From Oscillospiraceae bacterium (GTDB lineage Bacteria > Bacillota > Clostridia > Oscillospirales > CAG-272), in contig SVQM01000002.1 in NCBI GenBank assembly GCA_015065335.1, forward strand, positions 1-54,270: a stretch of 54,270 bases of DNA. Reading direction: 5' to 3'. Below are positions 1 through 8,793 of this stretch, piece after piece. The position numbers and the translations under genes were made by a program. Position 1 is the stretch's first letter; each line of letters starts with the position of its first letter. The notes below the pieces were generated by a model. It had not been told where the DNA came from, did no database searches, and was given only the letters and a program-made list of their open reading frames with translations.

Positions 1-29
1 ATGATATTTTCGGAGAAGGGAGGCAAATA

Positions 30-1586
30 ATGAAAAAGAGAGAAAAAAAGCCAAGAAAAAAGTGGGTAGGATCGCTTCTGCGGATGAGATTTTCAATAAT
101 CCTCTTGCTTGTGGTCCAGCTTGCTGTTATAATATATGTGTTGTTCAGTGGGAGCACTGTATCGGAGATCATAAGCTACACGCTCAGTATAATCAGCTTT
201 TTCGTTTGTCTCTACATCGTCTCTAAAAGAGATAAGGGTGCATACAAGCTTACGTGGGTGTTTCTTATACTTTTGTTTCCGCTTTTCGGAGGACTGTTTT
301 ATCTGTTCTTTCGGTTTCAGTCACCCACGAGAAGGTTCTCAAAAAGAGTTAGTGCCGTTCAGGAAAAGGCAAGACCGTTTTTGTCCCTTGCGGGTTCCGG
401 ATATAACGAGGCGTGCAGTGTTGCAAAAGAGCATACCTCTCAAATAAAATATCTTGAGAATTATGCCGGATTCCCCATATATACTGACAGTGAAACAAAG
501 TATCTCCCATCGGGAGAGAAAATGAACGAGGCTCTTCTTGAGGAGCTGAAGGCGGCAAAACGGTATATTTTTCTTGAGTATTTCATAGTAGAAGAAGGTG
601 TCATGTGGGACAGTATTCTTGAGATACTTGAGGAAAAGGTTCAAAACGGAGTTAAGGTCAGACTTATCTACGATGATTTCGGTTGCTTTTTCAAGCTTCC
701 GAAGAATTATGCCGAAAGTCTCCGTGCAAAGGGTATAGAATGTGTCGTTTTCAACAGATTCAGACCTGTTCTTACCGCAGTGCAGAATAACAGGGATCAC
801 AGAAAGATCTCCGTTATCGATGGAAAGGTTGCTTTTACCGGAGGCATAAATCTTGCGGATGAGTATATAAATGCCATTGAGAGATTCGGGCATTGGAAGG
901 ACAGTGCCGTAATGATACGGGGCAGGGCGGCATGGAGCTTTACCCTTATGTTTCTTCAGATGTGGGAGGTTTGCACCGGTATAGATGAGGATTACGGTAG
1001 CTATTATCCGTGGGAGGATAGACCATGCTCTGAGATGAGTGACGGATTTGTTCAGCCTTATGCTGACAGCCCTCTTGATGAGGAAAATACCGGTGAGCAC
1101 GTTTATCTTCAGATGATAAACAGTGCAAAGGATTATCTGTACATCACAACACCTTATCTTGTGATAGACGACAGTATGATCTCAGCGCTTTGCCTTGCGG
1201 CAAAAAGCGGTGTTGATGTCAGGATAATAACTCCCGGAATAAGTGACAGCCGTTGGGTACACGCTACTACAAGATCATATTACGGTGCTCTTATCGGTGC
1301 AGGCGTGAAGATATACGAGTATACCCGAGGGTTTATGCATGCAAAAACATTTGTATCTGATGATACTACTGCAACGGTTGGTACCACAAATCTTGATTTC
1401 AGAAGTCTGTATCTTCACTTTGAGTGCGGAGTATGGATGTATGGCAGCGGTGCCGTTGCCGAAGTGAAAAATGATTTTGAGAAAACTGTGTCAGGGTGTC
1501 ACAGGATCACCGCCGAGGAGTGCAGATGCGGACCTCTTCTGCGGCTTTTCAGAAATATTATGCGGTTGTTTGCACCGCTTATGTAA
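30..1586 (+). CDS. cls: Cardiolipin synthase (phospholipase D superfamily)
   Basis: 518-aa ORF with a GGGAGG RBS upstream. N-terminal hydrophobic helices. Two HKD motifs (HRKISVIDG and HAKTFVSDD) at the spacing typical of bacterial Cls. Confidence 0.9.
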   Translation: MKKREKKPRKKWVGSLLRMRFSIILLLVVQLAVIIYVLFSGSTVSEIISYTLSIISFFVCLYIVSKRDKGAYKLTWVFLILLFPLFGGLFYLFFRFQSPTRRFSKRVSAVQEKARPFLSLAGSGYNEACSVAKEHTSQIKYLENYAGFPIYTDSETKYLPSGEKMNEALLEELKAAKRYIFLEYFIVEEGVMWDSILEILEEKVQNGVKVRLIYDDFGCFFKLPKNYAESLRAKGIECVVFNRFRPVLTAVQNNRDHRKISVIDGKVAFTGGINLADEYINAIERFGHWKDSAVMIRGRAAWSFTLMFLQMWEVCTGIDEDYGSYYPWEDRPCSEMSDGFVQPYADSPLDEENTGEHVYLQMINSAKDYLYITTPYLVIDDSMISALCLAAKSGVDVRIITPGISDSRWVHATTRSYYGALIGAGVKIYEYTRGFMHAKTFVSDDTTATVGTTNLDFRSLYLHFECGVWMYGSGAVAEVKNDFEKTVSGCHRITAEECRCGPLLRLFRNIMRLFAPLM

Positions 1587-1604
1587 TACGAACATAAAGG
1601 ATAA

Positions 1605-2291
1605 ATGAATATGAATTTTATCTACTGCAGCTTGATAGGCTATTTTATAGGTACTATAAGTCCTTCATATATCATAGCCAAAATAAAAGGAATGGATATA
1701 AAAAAGAAAGGCTCGGGAAATGCCGGCGCATCAAATGTTCTGATCCTTTTCGGAAAAATGCTCGGTGTTATTTGTGCCGTTCTTGATATTGCAAAGGCAT
1801 ATCTGTCGATACTTCTTGCGGAGCATCTTTTCCCGGATTTTATTCATGCTTTTGCGGTGACGGGCTGTGCCTGCATAATCGGTCATATTTTCCCATTCTA
1901 CATGAAGTTCAAGGGTGGAAAGGGACTTGCGTGTCTCGGTGGTGTTATTCTTAAATTTGATGCAAAGATCTTCTTTATAATCCTTGGCGTAGAAATGCTT
2001 ATCGCTCTTATTACTGATTATATCTGCTTTGTGCCCATTACGGCTTCAGTTGCATTTTCAATAATGTACGGTGTTATCACAAACAATTCTCTCGGCTCAA
2101 CGATATTGTGGATATCAACTGTTGCGATACTTCTGAAGCATGTAGAGAATATCCACCGAATAAAGAAAGGCACGGAGGCACATCTGAGCTATCTGTGGAA
2201 GCCTGCGGCTGAGCTGGAAAGACTCAAGGAGAGTACCGGTGCCGCACCTACTGTATTTAATGATCATTTCAATCTCGATGATGATGAATAA
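1605..2291 (+). CDS. plsY: Glycerol-3-phosphate acyltransferase PlsY
   Basis: 228-aa polytopic membrane ORF with the PlsY signature GSGNAGASNV and HIFPFYMKFKGGKG. The start could be the ATG at 1605 or 1611. Confidence 0.85.
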   Translation: MNMNFIYCSLIGYFIGTISPSYIIAKIKGMDIKKKGSGNAGASNVLILFGKMLGVICAVLDIAKAYLSILLAEHLFPDFIHAFAVTGCACIIGHIFPFYMKFKGGKGLACLGGVILKFDAKIFFIILGVEMLIALITDYICFVPITASVAFSIMYGVITNNSLGSTILWISTVAILLKHVENIHRIKKGTEAHLSYLWKPAAELERLKESTGAAPTVFNDHFNLDDDE

Positions 2292-2294
2292 AAC

Positions 2295-2331
2295 AAAGCT
2301 GACCTTCGGTTTAACCGGAGGTCAGCTTTTA
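2295..2331 (+). terminator. Rho-independent terminator after plsY
   Basis: 15-bp stem aaagctgaccttcgg / ccggaggtcagcttt with a 5-nt loop, followed by T residues. It lies immediately 3' of the plsY stop. Confidence 0.6.
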
Positions 2332-2386
2332 GTCTGTCGCAAAAGTCTGTCAGGATACAAATCTACTTCGACATATAATAAAATTC

Positions 2387-2426
2387 GTGGACTTAGTCGC
2401 TTCTGGTAAGAAGCGACTAAGTCCAC
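2387..2426. repeat. Perfect palindrome (18-bp stem, 4-nt loop) in the plsY/BFD intergenic region
   Basis: gtggacttagtcgcttct-ggta-agaagcgactaagtccac, read directly from the sequence. Confidence 0.85.
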
Positions 2427-2526
2427 TCCTATTGGCTTTGCGAGTGTCGCGGGCTTTGCCCGTCGGCATGAGGCGCGAGCAAGCAAAGCCCTCTGTCGGA
2501 AAAACCGTAGGTTTTTCGACAAACTC

Positions 2527-2563
2527 AAAAGCTGACCTTAGGTTTAACCGAAGGTCAGCTTTT
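2527..2563 (-). terminator. Terminator for the minus-strand detox operon; near-copy of the 2295-2331 hairpin
   Basis: aaaagctgacctt ... aaggtcagctttt. On the minus strand the hairpin is followed by ttttgagttt. It sits directly 3' of the 2567-2782 CDS. Confidence 0.6.
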
Positions 2564-2566
2564 ATC

Positions 2567-2782
2567 TTATACTTTTTCGTGGCCCATGAGAAGCTCGGAT
2601 ATTACGTCAAGTACTTGATCGTGGCACCCGCCGCATCCTGTAGAGCAATGGGTTACTTTCTGTACATCTTCAAATGCTGCCAGTACGTCGGAGAAATTCT
2701 CCATATCTCTGAGAGCATCGGCAATGTCAAAATACGTAACCTTCTTACAGTTACAAATGGTGTAATTCTCTTTCATAGTCAT
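2567..2782 (-). CDS. BFD-like [2Fe-2S]-binding domain protein
   Basis: 71 aa with the Cys pattern CNC...CSTGCGGC, typical of Fer2_BFD domains. Confidence 0.7.
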   Translation of the reverse strand: MTMKENYTICNCKKVTYFDIADALRDMENFSDVLAAFEDVQKVTHCSTGCGGCHDQVLDVISELLMGHEKV

Positions 2783-2794
2783 TTACCGAAGAGA

Positions 2795-2950
2795 TCATGC
2801 CTCGCTGAAGCTGTCCTTACCCGCTCCGCAAAGAGGGCATTCGAAATCGTCGGGAAGATCCTCAAACTTGGTACCGGGCTCGATTCCGTTATCGGGATCG
2901 CCTACAGCCTCATCATATTCCCATCCGCAAAGCTCACATACATACTTCAT
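2795..2950 (-). CDS. Rubredoxin (51 aa, below the ORF-track cutoff)
   Basis: Manual translation of the minus strand gives [51 protein letters not shown]. It has the two rubredoxin knuckles CxxCG and CPxCG. Confidence 0.85.
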   Translation of the reverse strand: MKYVCELCGWEYDEAVGDPDNGIEPGTKFEDLPDDFECPLCGAGKDSFSEA

Positions 2951-2980
2951 TTTTTATTCCTCCTAATGAGATAAATTTAA

Positions 2981-3361
2981 TTAAATATCAGTTTTCCACA
3001 GTCCGTGAAGATTACAGTAAGCATAAACTGCTACAGGCTCTTCGTCACAAAGAGCAAATCTAACTTTTGGCTCGGAATCTGTCTTAAGACACTTTCTTTG
3101 GCCACCTCTGCAGGTTTGAAGATAAACCCACGTAATGTGATGTTCTTCGGTCATGGGGTGAGAGACTTCACCTATCGAAACATTTACAAACCCATCTTCA
3201 ACAGTGACAACCGGAATGTGTTTTTCGGTGCTTGCTTCTACTGTTCCGGGTTCAAGAAGCTTCATCTTCTGACCGCAACACATCATGGGAACCCCTGCAT
3301 CGTGGATGACACCAATGATGTTTCCGCAATGCTCACAAATGTAGAATCTGTTTTCACACAT
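2981..3361 (-). CDS. dfx: Desulfoferrodoxin / superoxide reductase (2Fe-SOR)
   Basis: 126 aa. N-terminal desulforedoxin-type Cys cluster (CEHCGN...MCCG) and C-terminal neelaredoxin-type centre residues (HPMTEEHHITW ... CNLHGLW). Confidence 0.85.
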   Translation of the reverse strand: MCENRFYICEHCGNIIGVIHDAGVPMMCCGQKMKLLEPGTVEASTEKHIPVVTVEDGFVNVSIGEVSHPMTEEHHITWVYLQTCRGGQRKCLKTDSEPKVRFALCDEEPVAVYAYCNLHGLWKTDI

Positions 3362-3391
3362 AATTTTAACCTCCGAATTTTGTGTGTTTGA

Positions 3392-5182
3392 TTATTCAAT
3401 CGGTTCAAAATCCGCATATCCGTGCTTGCACAGGGGACATACGATATCCTCGGGGAGAGTGTCACCCTCATATACCCATCCGCAGATCTTGCAAACGAAT
3501 CCCTTCTTACCCTCAGTCTCAGGCTTCGGCTTAACGTTTTCCTGATAATAGGTATAGGTCATGGTGTTCTTGTCGGAGAGCACCTTTGCCTCGGTCACGG
3601 AGCAGATGAACATTCCGTGAGTATCGAGATCCACGTACTGCTCGACCTTCAGAGACATAAAGGAGTTGATATATCTGGGGAGCACCACAAGTCCGTTTGC
3701 TGAACGGAGAGGCTCACAATCGGCAAACTTATCAACGTTTCTTCCGCTGACAAAGCCGAACGCTTCAAATACCTTAAAGGGAGCATCCTCGGTGAGACAG
3801 TTGATGTTCATCTTACCGGTCTGCTTTATTACGTGGTGAGAATAATTCTCTTTATTTATGGTGACAGCGATCCTGTTGGGAGTGTTTGTTACCTGAGTTA
3901 CTGTGTTGACGATAAGTCCGTTATCCTTCTTGCCGTCATTTGATGTTATAACGTAAAGACCGTAGCCGATGTTGAACAGTGCGGTGAAATCGTTCTTCTC
4001 CGCAGAAGAATCCTGCATTGCAACATACTCTCTGGTCAGCTCCTCCACCATTGCATCGAGCTGAGCTGCACTTTCTTCATTCAGCGCTGACATGATCTTA
4101 ACGGTGGTGTCGGTGAATGTGATGTTCTTCGATTTCTCAAACATTCCTCTCATTACCTTGGCTGCGAGAGGAGCCCAGCTTCCGTTTTCGATGAGAGCAA
4201 CGGTCCTGTTCTGGTAGTTTCTCTCGGTGAGATGATTTATAAACTCACGCATGAAGGGGAAGATCTCTGCGTTATAGGTAGTGGTAGCAAGCACAAGCTT
4301 ATTATAGCGGAATGCATCCTCCACAGCCTCAGCCATGTCGCATCTTGCAAGATCGTTTACCACGACCTTGGGACATCCGTTAGCCTTCAGCTTCTCAGCA
4401 AGCTGCATGACAGCCTTCTTTGTATTACCGTAAACGGAGGTGTATGCGATGACGATACCCTCCTCCTCGGGCTGATAGCTTGACCAGGTGTTATAAAGAT
4501 TCAGGTAATATCCGAGATTCTCGGTGAGAATAGGACCGTGGAGAGGGCAGATCTTTTCGATCTCAAGACCTGCAGCCTTTTTCAGGAGCGCCTGAACCTG
4601 AGCACCGTACTTGCCGACGATACCGATGTAGTAACGTCTCGCCTCGCAAGCCCAGTCCTCCTCTACGTCAAGAGCACCGAATTTGCCGAATCCGTCAGCA
4701 GAGAACAGCACCTTATCGGTGGAATCATATGTGACGATGACCTCAGGCCAGTGCACCATGGGTGCGGTAACAAAGGTGAGAGTATGCTTACCGAGAGCAA
4801 GAGTGTCACCCTCGCCTACAACGACCTGCTTGTCGGCAAAATCCGTACCGAAGAAATTCTTCATCATTGCAAAAGCTTTTGCGGATGAAACGATCTTCGC
4901 TGTGGGATAAGTTTTTGAAAAATTAAAGATATTAGCGGAGTGATCCGGCTCCATATGCTGAACGATAAGATAATCGGGGGACTTGCCTCCGAGAGCATTC
5001 TGGAGATTGTCCAGCCACTCATGAGTAAAATTCTGATCGACGGTGTCCATAACGGCGATCTTCTCATCCATTATCACGTAGGAATTATATGCCATTCCGT
5101 TGGGGACGATGTACTGTCCCTCGAACAGATCGACCTTGTGATCGTTGACACCGATATATTTGATATCATTTGTTATGTTCAC
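3392..5182 (-). CDS. Multidomain flavodiiron protein (diiron metallo-beta-lactamase-like + flavodoxin core fused to flavin-reductase-like and rubredoxin domains)
   Basis: 596 aa. Diiron motif HMEPDH, then a flavodoxin-like segment (IVIAYTSVYGNTKK), then a flavin-reductase-like segment. C-terminal rubredoxin knuckles CKICGW...CPLCK. Confidence 0.85.
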   Translation of the reverse strand: MNITNDIKYIGVNDHKVDLFEGQYIVPNGMAYNSYVIMDEKIAVMDTVDQNFTHEWLDNLQNALGGKSPDYLIVQHMEPDHSANIFNFSKTYPTAKIVSSAKAFAMMKNFFGTDFADKQVVVGEGDTLALGKHTLTFVTAPMVHWPEVIVTYDSTDKVLFSADGFGKFGALDVEEDWACEARRYYIGIVGKYGAQVQALLKKAAGLEIEKICPLHGPILTENLGYYLNLYNTWSSYQPEEEGIVIAYTSVYGNTKKAVMQLAEKLKANGCPKVVVNDLARCDMAEAVEDAFRYNKLVLATTTYNAEIFPFMREFINHLTERNYQNRTVALIENGSWAPLAAKVMRGMFEKSKNITFTDTTVKIMSALNEESAAQLDAMVEELTREYVAMQDSSAEKNDFTALFNIGYGLYVITSNDGKKDNGLIVNTVTQVTNTPNRIAVTINKENYSHHVIKQTGKMNINCLTEDAPFKVFEAFGFVSGRNVDKFADCEPLRSANGLVVLPRYINSFMSLKVEQYVDLDTHGMFICSVTEAKVLSDKNTMTYTYYQENVKPKPETEGKKGFVCKICGWVYEGDTLPEDIVCPLCKHGYADFEPIE

Positions 5183-5257
5183 TTGTTTTGCACCTCTCTT
5201 GAACTATGAGTTGATTGTATCACATTTTTATTGAATTATCAACGGGAATTTGCAGAT

Positions 5258-5956
5258 TTATTCAAGAATTTTTCCGGAGGTGGATATGGTCACCACCTGC
5301 CATGGAATGAATTTGCCGCTGTCCATGAGCGCACGCTTTACGGCATTCTCGATACCACCGCAGCAGGGGACCTCCATACGTACAACCTTTACGCTCTTTA
5401 TGTTGTTGTTTTTGATTATCTGAGTCAGCTTTTCCGCATAATCGCCTTCGTCAAGCTTGGGACAACCGATAAGAGTTATGTGATTTTTGATAAAATCGTT
5501 GTGAAAGCTTCCGTAAGCGAATGCTGTGCAATCTGCGGCAATAAGCAGATTTGCATCGTCGAAGTAAGGAGCATTCACCGGTACCAGCTTGATCTGACAG
5601 GGCCACTGAGAGAGCTGACTTATAACGGTGGCAGATCTTACTTCAGGTGCGGCAGCTTCACGTTTGATCGTCTTTGAAAGAGTTCCGGGGCATCCGCAGG
5701 GAAGCTTTACACCGTGCTTCTTCATCTTTGCGGCACGAACTGCATCCTCATTATAAGCGGGAGCTTCACGCTCTTCAAAAGAGATGGCATCCGCAGGGCA
5801 TGCAGGCAGGCAATCGCCGAGTCCGTCGCAGTAATCCTCTCGGGTGAGTACGGCTTTGCCAGCGAGCATCTCAATTGCACCTTCGTGGCAAGCGGCAGCA
5901 CAAGCACCGCATCCGTTGCATTTTTCTTCGTCTATCTTGATTATTTTACGTATCAT
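5258..5956 (-). CDS. 4Fe-4S dicluster domain protein (function unknown, redox)
   Basis: 232 aa with N-terminal CNGCGACAAAC and CDGLGDCLPAC ferredoxin-type motifs. The C-terminal Cys-containing domain is not assigned. Confidence 0.6.
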   Translation of the reverse strand: MIRKIIKIDEEKCNGCGACAAACHEGAIEMLAGKAVLTREDYCDGLGDCLPACPADAISFEEREAPAYNEDAVRAAKMKKHGVKLPCGCPGTLSKTIKREAAAPEVRSATVISQLSQWPCQIKLVPVNAPYFDDANLLIAADCTAFAYGSFHNDFIKNHITLIGCPKLDEGDYAEKLTQIIKNNNIKSVKVVRMEVPCCGGIENAVKRALMDSGKFIPWQVVTISTSGKILE

Positions 5957-6040
5957 TTTAATTGCCTCCTTGCTTTTCTGAGGATATTATAGTATAATCA
6001 CAAGAGAAAATATGTTGAATTTTCAACAAACGGAGAGAAA

Positions 6041-6700
6041 ATGAAAAAATATTTTGAAATTCTGAAAAAGTGCCCGCTTTTTTACGGGATCGGTGAAGAT
6101 GATCTTTTGCGAATGCTCACTTGCTTCGGAGCAAAGGTGGTCTCATTTGATAAAAAATTCACGATATTTGCAGAGGGAAAATCGGTGAAGCATATAGGCA
6201 TAGTGCTTTCCGGATCGGTTCAGGTAGTACAGATGGATTACTACGGCAACAGAAGTATTTTGTCAGTCATAGGTGAGGGGGATATGTTTGCGGAGGCATT
6301 TGCTTGTGCCGAGGAGCAGTTCCTTCCCGTGTCGATCATTGCCGGTGAACCGTCGGAGGTCATGCTGATTGAGTGTTCCCATATTCTTCATACCTGTAAG
6401 AACAATTGCGGATTTCACGGACAGCTTATCTTTAATTTGATGAAGGAGCTTGCAAACAAAACGATAATGTTCCACAAAAAGCTTGACATAACATCAAAAA
6501 GATCCACCAGAGACAAGCTTATGACGTATCTTGTGACGGTGGCCAAGGAGGCGGGCACAAACAGCTTTGAGATCCCCTTTGACAGACAGGAACTTGCGGA
6601 TTATCTCGGAGTGGACAGAAGCGGACTTTCGGCAGAGATCGGTAAGCTGAAAAATGAAGGGATCATCGAAAACAGAAAGAATCGATTTGTGATTTTGTGA
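6041..6700 (+). CDS. Crp/Fnr family transcriptional regulator
   Basis: 219 aa. cNMP-binding-like N-domain and C-terminal HTH (RQELADYLGVDRSGLSAEIGKLKNEGII). Divergent from the redox cluster. Confidence 0.8.
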   Translation: MKKYFEILKKCPLFYGIGEDDLLRMLTCFGAKVVSFDKKFTIFAEGKSVKHIGIVLSGSVQVVQMDYYGNRSILSVIGEGDMFAEAFACAEEQFLPVSIIAGEPSEVMLIECSHILHTCKNNCGFHGQLIFNLMKELANKTIMFHKKLDITSKRSTRDKLMTYLVTVAKEAGTNSFEIPFDRQELADYLGVDRSGLSAEIGKLKNEGIIENRKNRFVIL

Positions 6701-6891
6701 TACTACCTTCGTCATATTTGATAAATATGTAACGTAAATTTTGTAAATGTTGCAGTGTTGTTTTTATTGGAATAATATGGTAATATATAATTGGAACTAA
6801 AACTATATAAAAGGGAGTGAATCCGGTGGGAAGGTATGAATTGCAGTAAGGAAGATATATGCTGTTATGTAATTAAAAAAGGAGACCGGCT

Positions 6892-7659
6892 ATGAAAAAA
6901 CATTTTTTGATATTAGTATCTTTGTTTGTATTTATTGCTATGTTTACAGCTTGTGCTAATCCTTCGGACGAAACGGGTGAAAAGGTGATCCCCGGAGCTG
7001 CGGAAAGTATAAAAACAGATACGATCGTCACCACCGCTTTGTCTGAGTCTGAGGAAACACCGCAGACTACGGAGGAAAGCACGGTGCATACGACTGAAGC
7101 AGCAACAAGCACTCCCGATGATAACATCGAGCTGGCACTGAATATGGATCTTATCGAAGAATACGGAATGAGCTTCGGTGAACTTAAAGCAAAGCATGGG
7201 GAGTTGGTGGGCTATGTAATGGGACCCGGAGACGGTTATTACGTTCTTGAAAATGGTTACGGATATTATTGGTTTTACACAAATTTAAACTTAGATAATT
7301 TAGTCTCCCACCCGGAAGGTGGATTCGAATATCTTCCCATTGAAGACGGTAAAATATGCCGTGGTGTTATGAATGTCTCTCCTGATTCACTGTTTAATAA
7401 GCCCTTTGAGACGCTGACTATTGAAGAAATAAAAAGCATCGAAAACTTGACTTATTTAAGAGGAGGCGGTCCAGGAGAACTCGAACCGTTCGGGTACTGG
7501 TCAGTTTTTACTTATGATGGGTGGAATAATGACCGAGTAGAGATTTCAATATCTCATAAAGATCCGGATAAGATAGACAGTTCATCTGAGGTGAAGATTT
7601 CTATTCATCCGTTGAGACTTGAGGAAAACGGAATATTCAGCGATACCGATGTGAAATAA
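6892..7659 (+). CDS. Hypothetical lipoprotein
   Basis: 255 aa with an AAGGAG RBS. Signal peptide ending in a lipobox-like FTAC, followed by a Ser/Thr/Glu-rich linker. Confidence 0.6.
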   Translation: MKKHFLILVSLFVFIAMFTACANPSDETGEKVIPGAAESIKTDTIVTTALSESEETPQTTEESTVHTTEAATSTPDDNIELALNMDLIEEYGMSFGELKAKHGELVGYVMGPGDGYYVLENGYGYYWFYTNLNLDNLVSHPEGGFEYLPIEDGKICRGVMNVSPDSLFNKPFETLTIEEIKSIENLTYLRGGGPGELEPFGYWSVFTYDGWNNDRVEISISHKDPDKIDSSSEVKISIHPLRLEENGIFSDTDVK

Positions 7660-7708
7660 ATGTAGATAACGATATAGCGGCAAACATACAACAGAAAGGA
7701 GTTCAATT

Positions 7709-8431
7709 ATGAAGAGTAGTTCGATCAATAAAGTAATCGTATCAGTTATAACCTTTGTTCTGATTATCAACTCATTCGGAATTGAAGTATATTCGAACGC
7801 TGATAAGCTTTCCGAAACACAAAGCTCTATTCGAGAATCAACATCAGTGCATAAGAATCCAACAGATAACTCCTGTCCGCATAGTTTAACATATAATTTT
7901 GACGACCAAAACATGACTGTTCCGATATACAAAGGGAATACCGTTGATTTTATGATTAATGATATTTTATCTTCGTCTGGAGACTTAGCAAGAGTATTTT
8001 ATGGCGATAACGAAGTATTCGAAGGCGAGTTTAAAGACGGGATGATTGTGAAAATTTATCACGGAGATACTCTATACGGTGAATATAATGTTGGAAATCT
8101 CCTTGAACCGTATCCGACACTCCCAAATAACGCAAATCCCTTGTCAAGAACAATTATCAACAGCAGCGCCTATGGATTTATATTGCCGATAGATAATATG
8201 AATCTTACTTCAAATATTAGTCGAGGATTAGGTAGCGCCTATGGAGGCACACAAACCGAAAACAAACGTAACCCCGGGACTTATTCCTCAAGAATTACGG
8301 TCTCTGATATTACAGGTGATTGGCGTGATGATATAGTTGTTATTTGGAGAAATACATCCGGCATGGAAAACATAATTGTATGCCATCATAGAGTCGAACT
8401 CAGAGTGCCCTGGCCGGTTATTTTCGGCTAA
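7709..8431 (+). CDS. Secreted hypothetical protein, possibly 3'-disrupted
   Basis: 240 aa with a GGAG RBS and N-terminal signal peptide. FG-GAP-like DITGDWRDDIVVIW motif near the end. The last 19 codons run through the left arm of a 32-bp inverted repeat, and the stop lies 24 nt inside the bracketed segment. Confidence 0.5.
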   Translation: MKSSSINKVIVSVITFVLIINSFGIEVYSNADKLSETQSSIRESTSVHKNPTDNSCPHSLTYNFDDQNMTVPIYKGNTVDFMINDILSSSGDLARVFYGDNEVFEGEFKDGMIVKIYHGDTLYGEYNVGNLLEPYPTLPNNANPLSRTIINSSAYGFILPIDNMNLTSNISRGLGSAYGGTQTENKRNPGTYSSRITVSDITGDWRDDIVVIWRNTSGMENIIVCHHRVELRVPWPVIFG

Positions 8432-8651
8432 AATTACGCTTTGTCGTTTGACATACATCAGTATGCCTGCACTCCAAAACGAAATTTTATCTCGAAACTA
8501 CCTCGACCGGGGAAGTTTGAAATAGTAATTTTTGTTCTGAGCGAGGGATGCGAACGATGGTATATTAGTATATTTCAAGTGAGCAGACCGAAGCTCAGGG
8601 CGAAAAGGACATTTCAAACCACTCTGAGTTCGACTCTATGATGGCATACAA
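8376..8651. repeat. 32-bp perfect inverted repeats bracketing a 212-bp segment (candidate invertible element or MITE-like insert)
   Basis: Left arm 8376-8407 is ttgtatgccatcatagagtcgaactcagagtg. Right arm 8620-8651 is its exact reverse complement. No flanking direct repeat is seen. Confidence 0.9.
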
Positions 8652-8747
8652 GGGCCTTTCAAATAAGCAGTTCAGTACCGGAGTTAAGACTGCAACCGGT
8701 CAGGATTATTACCTTACACCTTAATCAACATCAAACAAGCATTGTAC

Positions 8748-8778
8748 CAATAAAAAAGCGCACCCTCGGGTGCGCTTT
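8748..8778 (-). terminator. Terminator between convergent genes, strongest on the minus strand
   Basis: Stem aaagcgcacc / ggtgcgcttt with loop ctcg. On the minus strand it is followed by ttttttatt, just 3' of the 8794 stop. Confidence 0.65.
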
Positions 8779-8793
8779 CCTTTTACCTTATTA

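Noticed and set aside
2387-2974. 195-aa plus-strand ORF spanning the palindrome, the BFD gene and the rubredoxin gene
   Set aside because: It runs through intergenic hairpins and lies antisense to two small genes with unmistakable metal-binding motifs. It has no RBS.
8376-8651. Retron msr/msd, tRNA-like or intron interpretation of the inverted-repeat element
   Set aside because: No reverse transcriptase or any ORF follows it. The TTCGA-containing arm cannot be folded into a T-arm/acceptor. 276 bp is far too small for a group I or II intron and no conserved intron motifs were seen.
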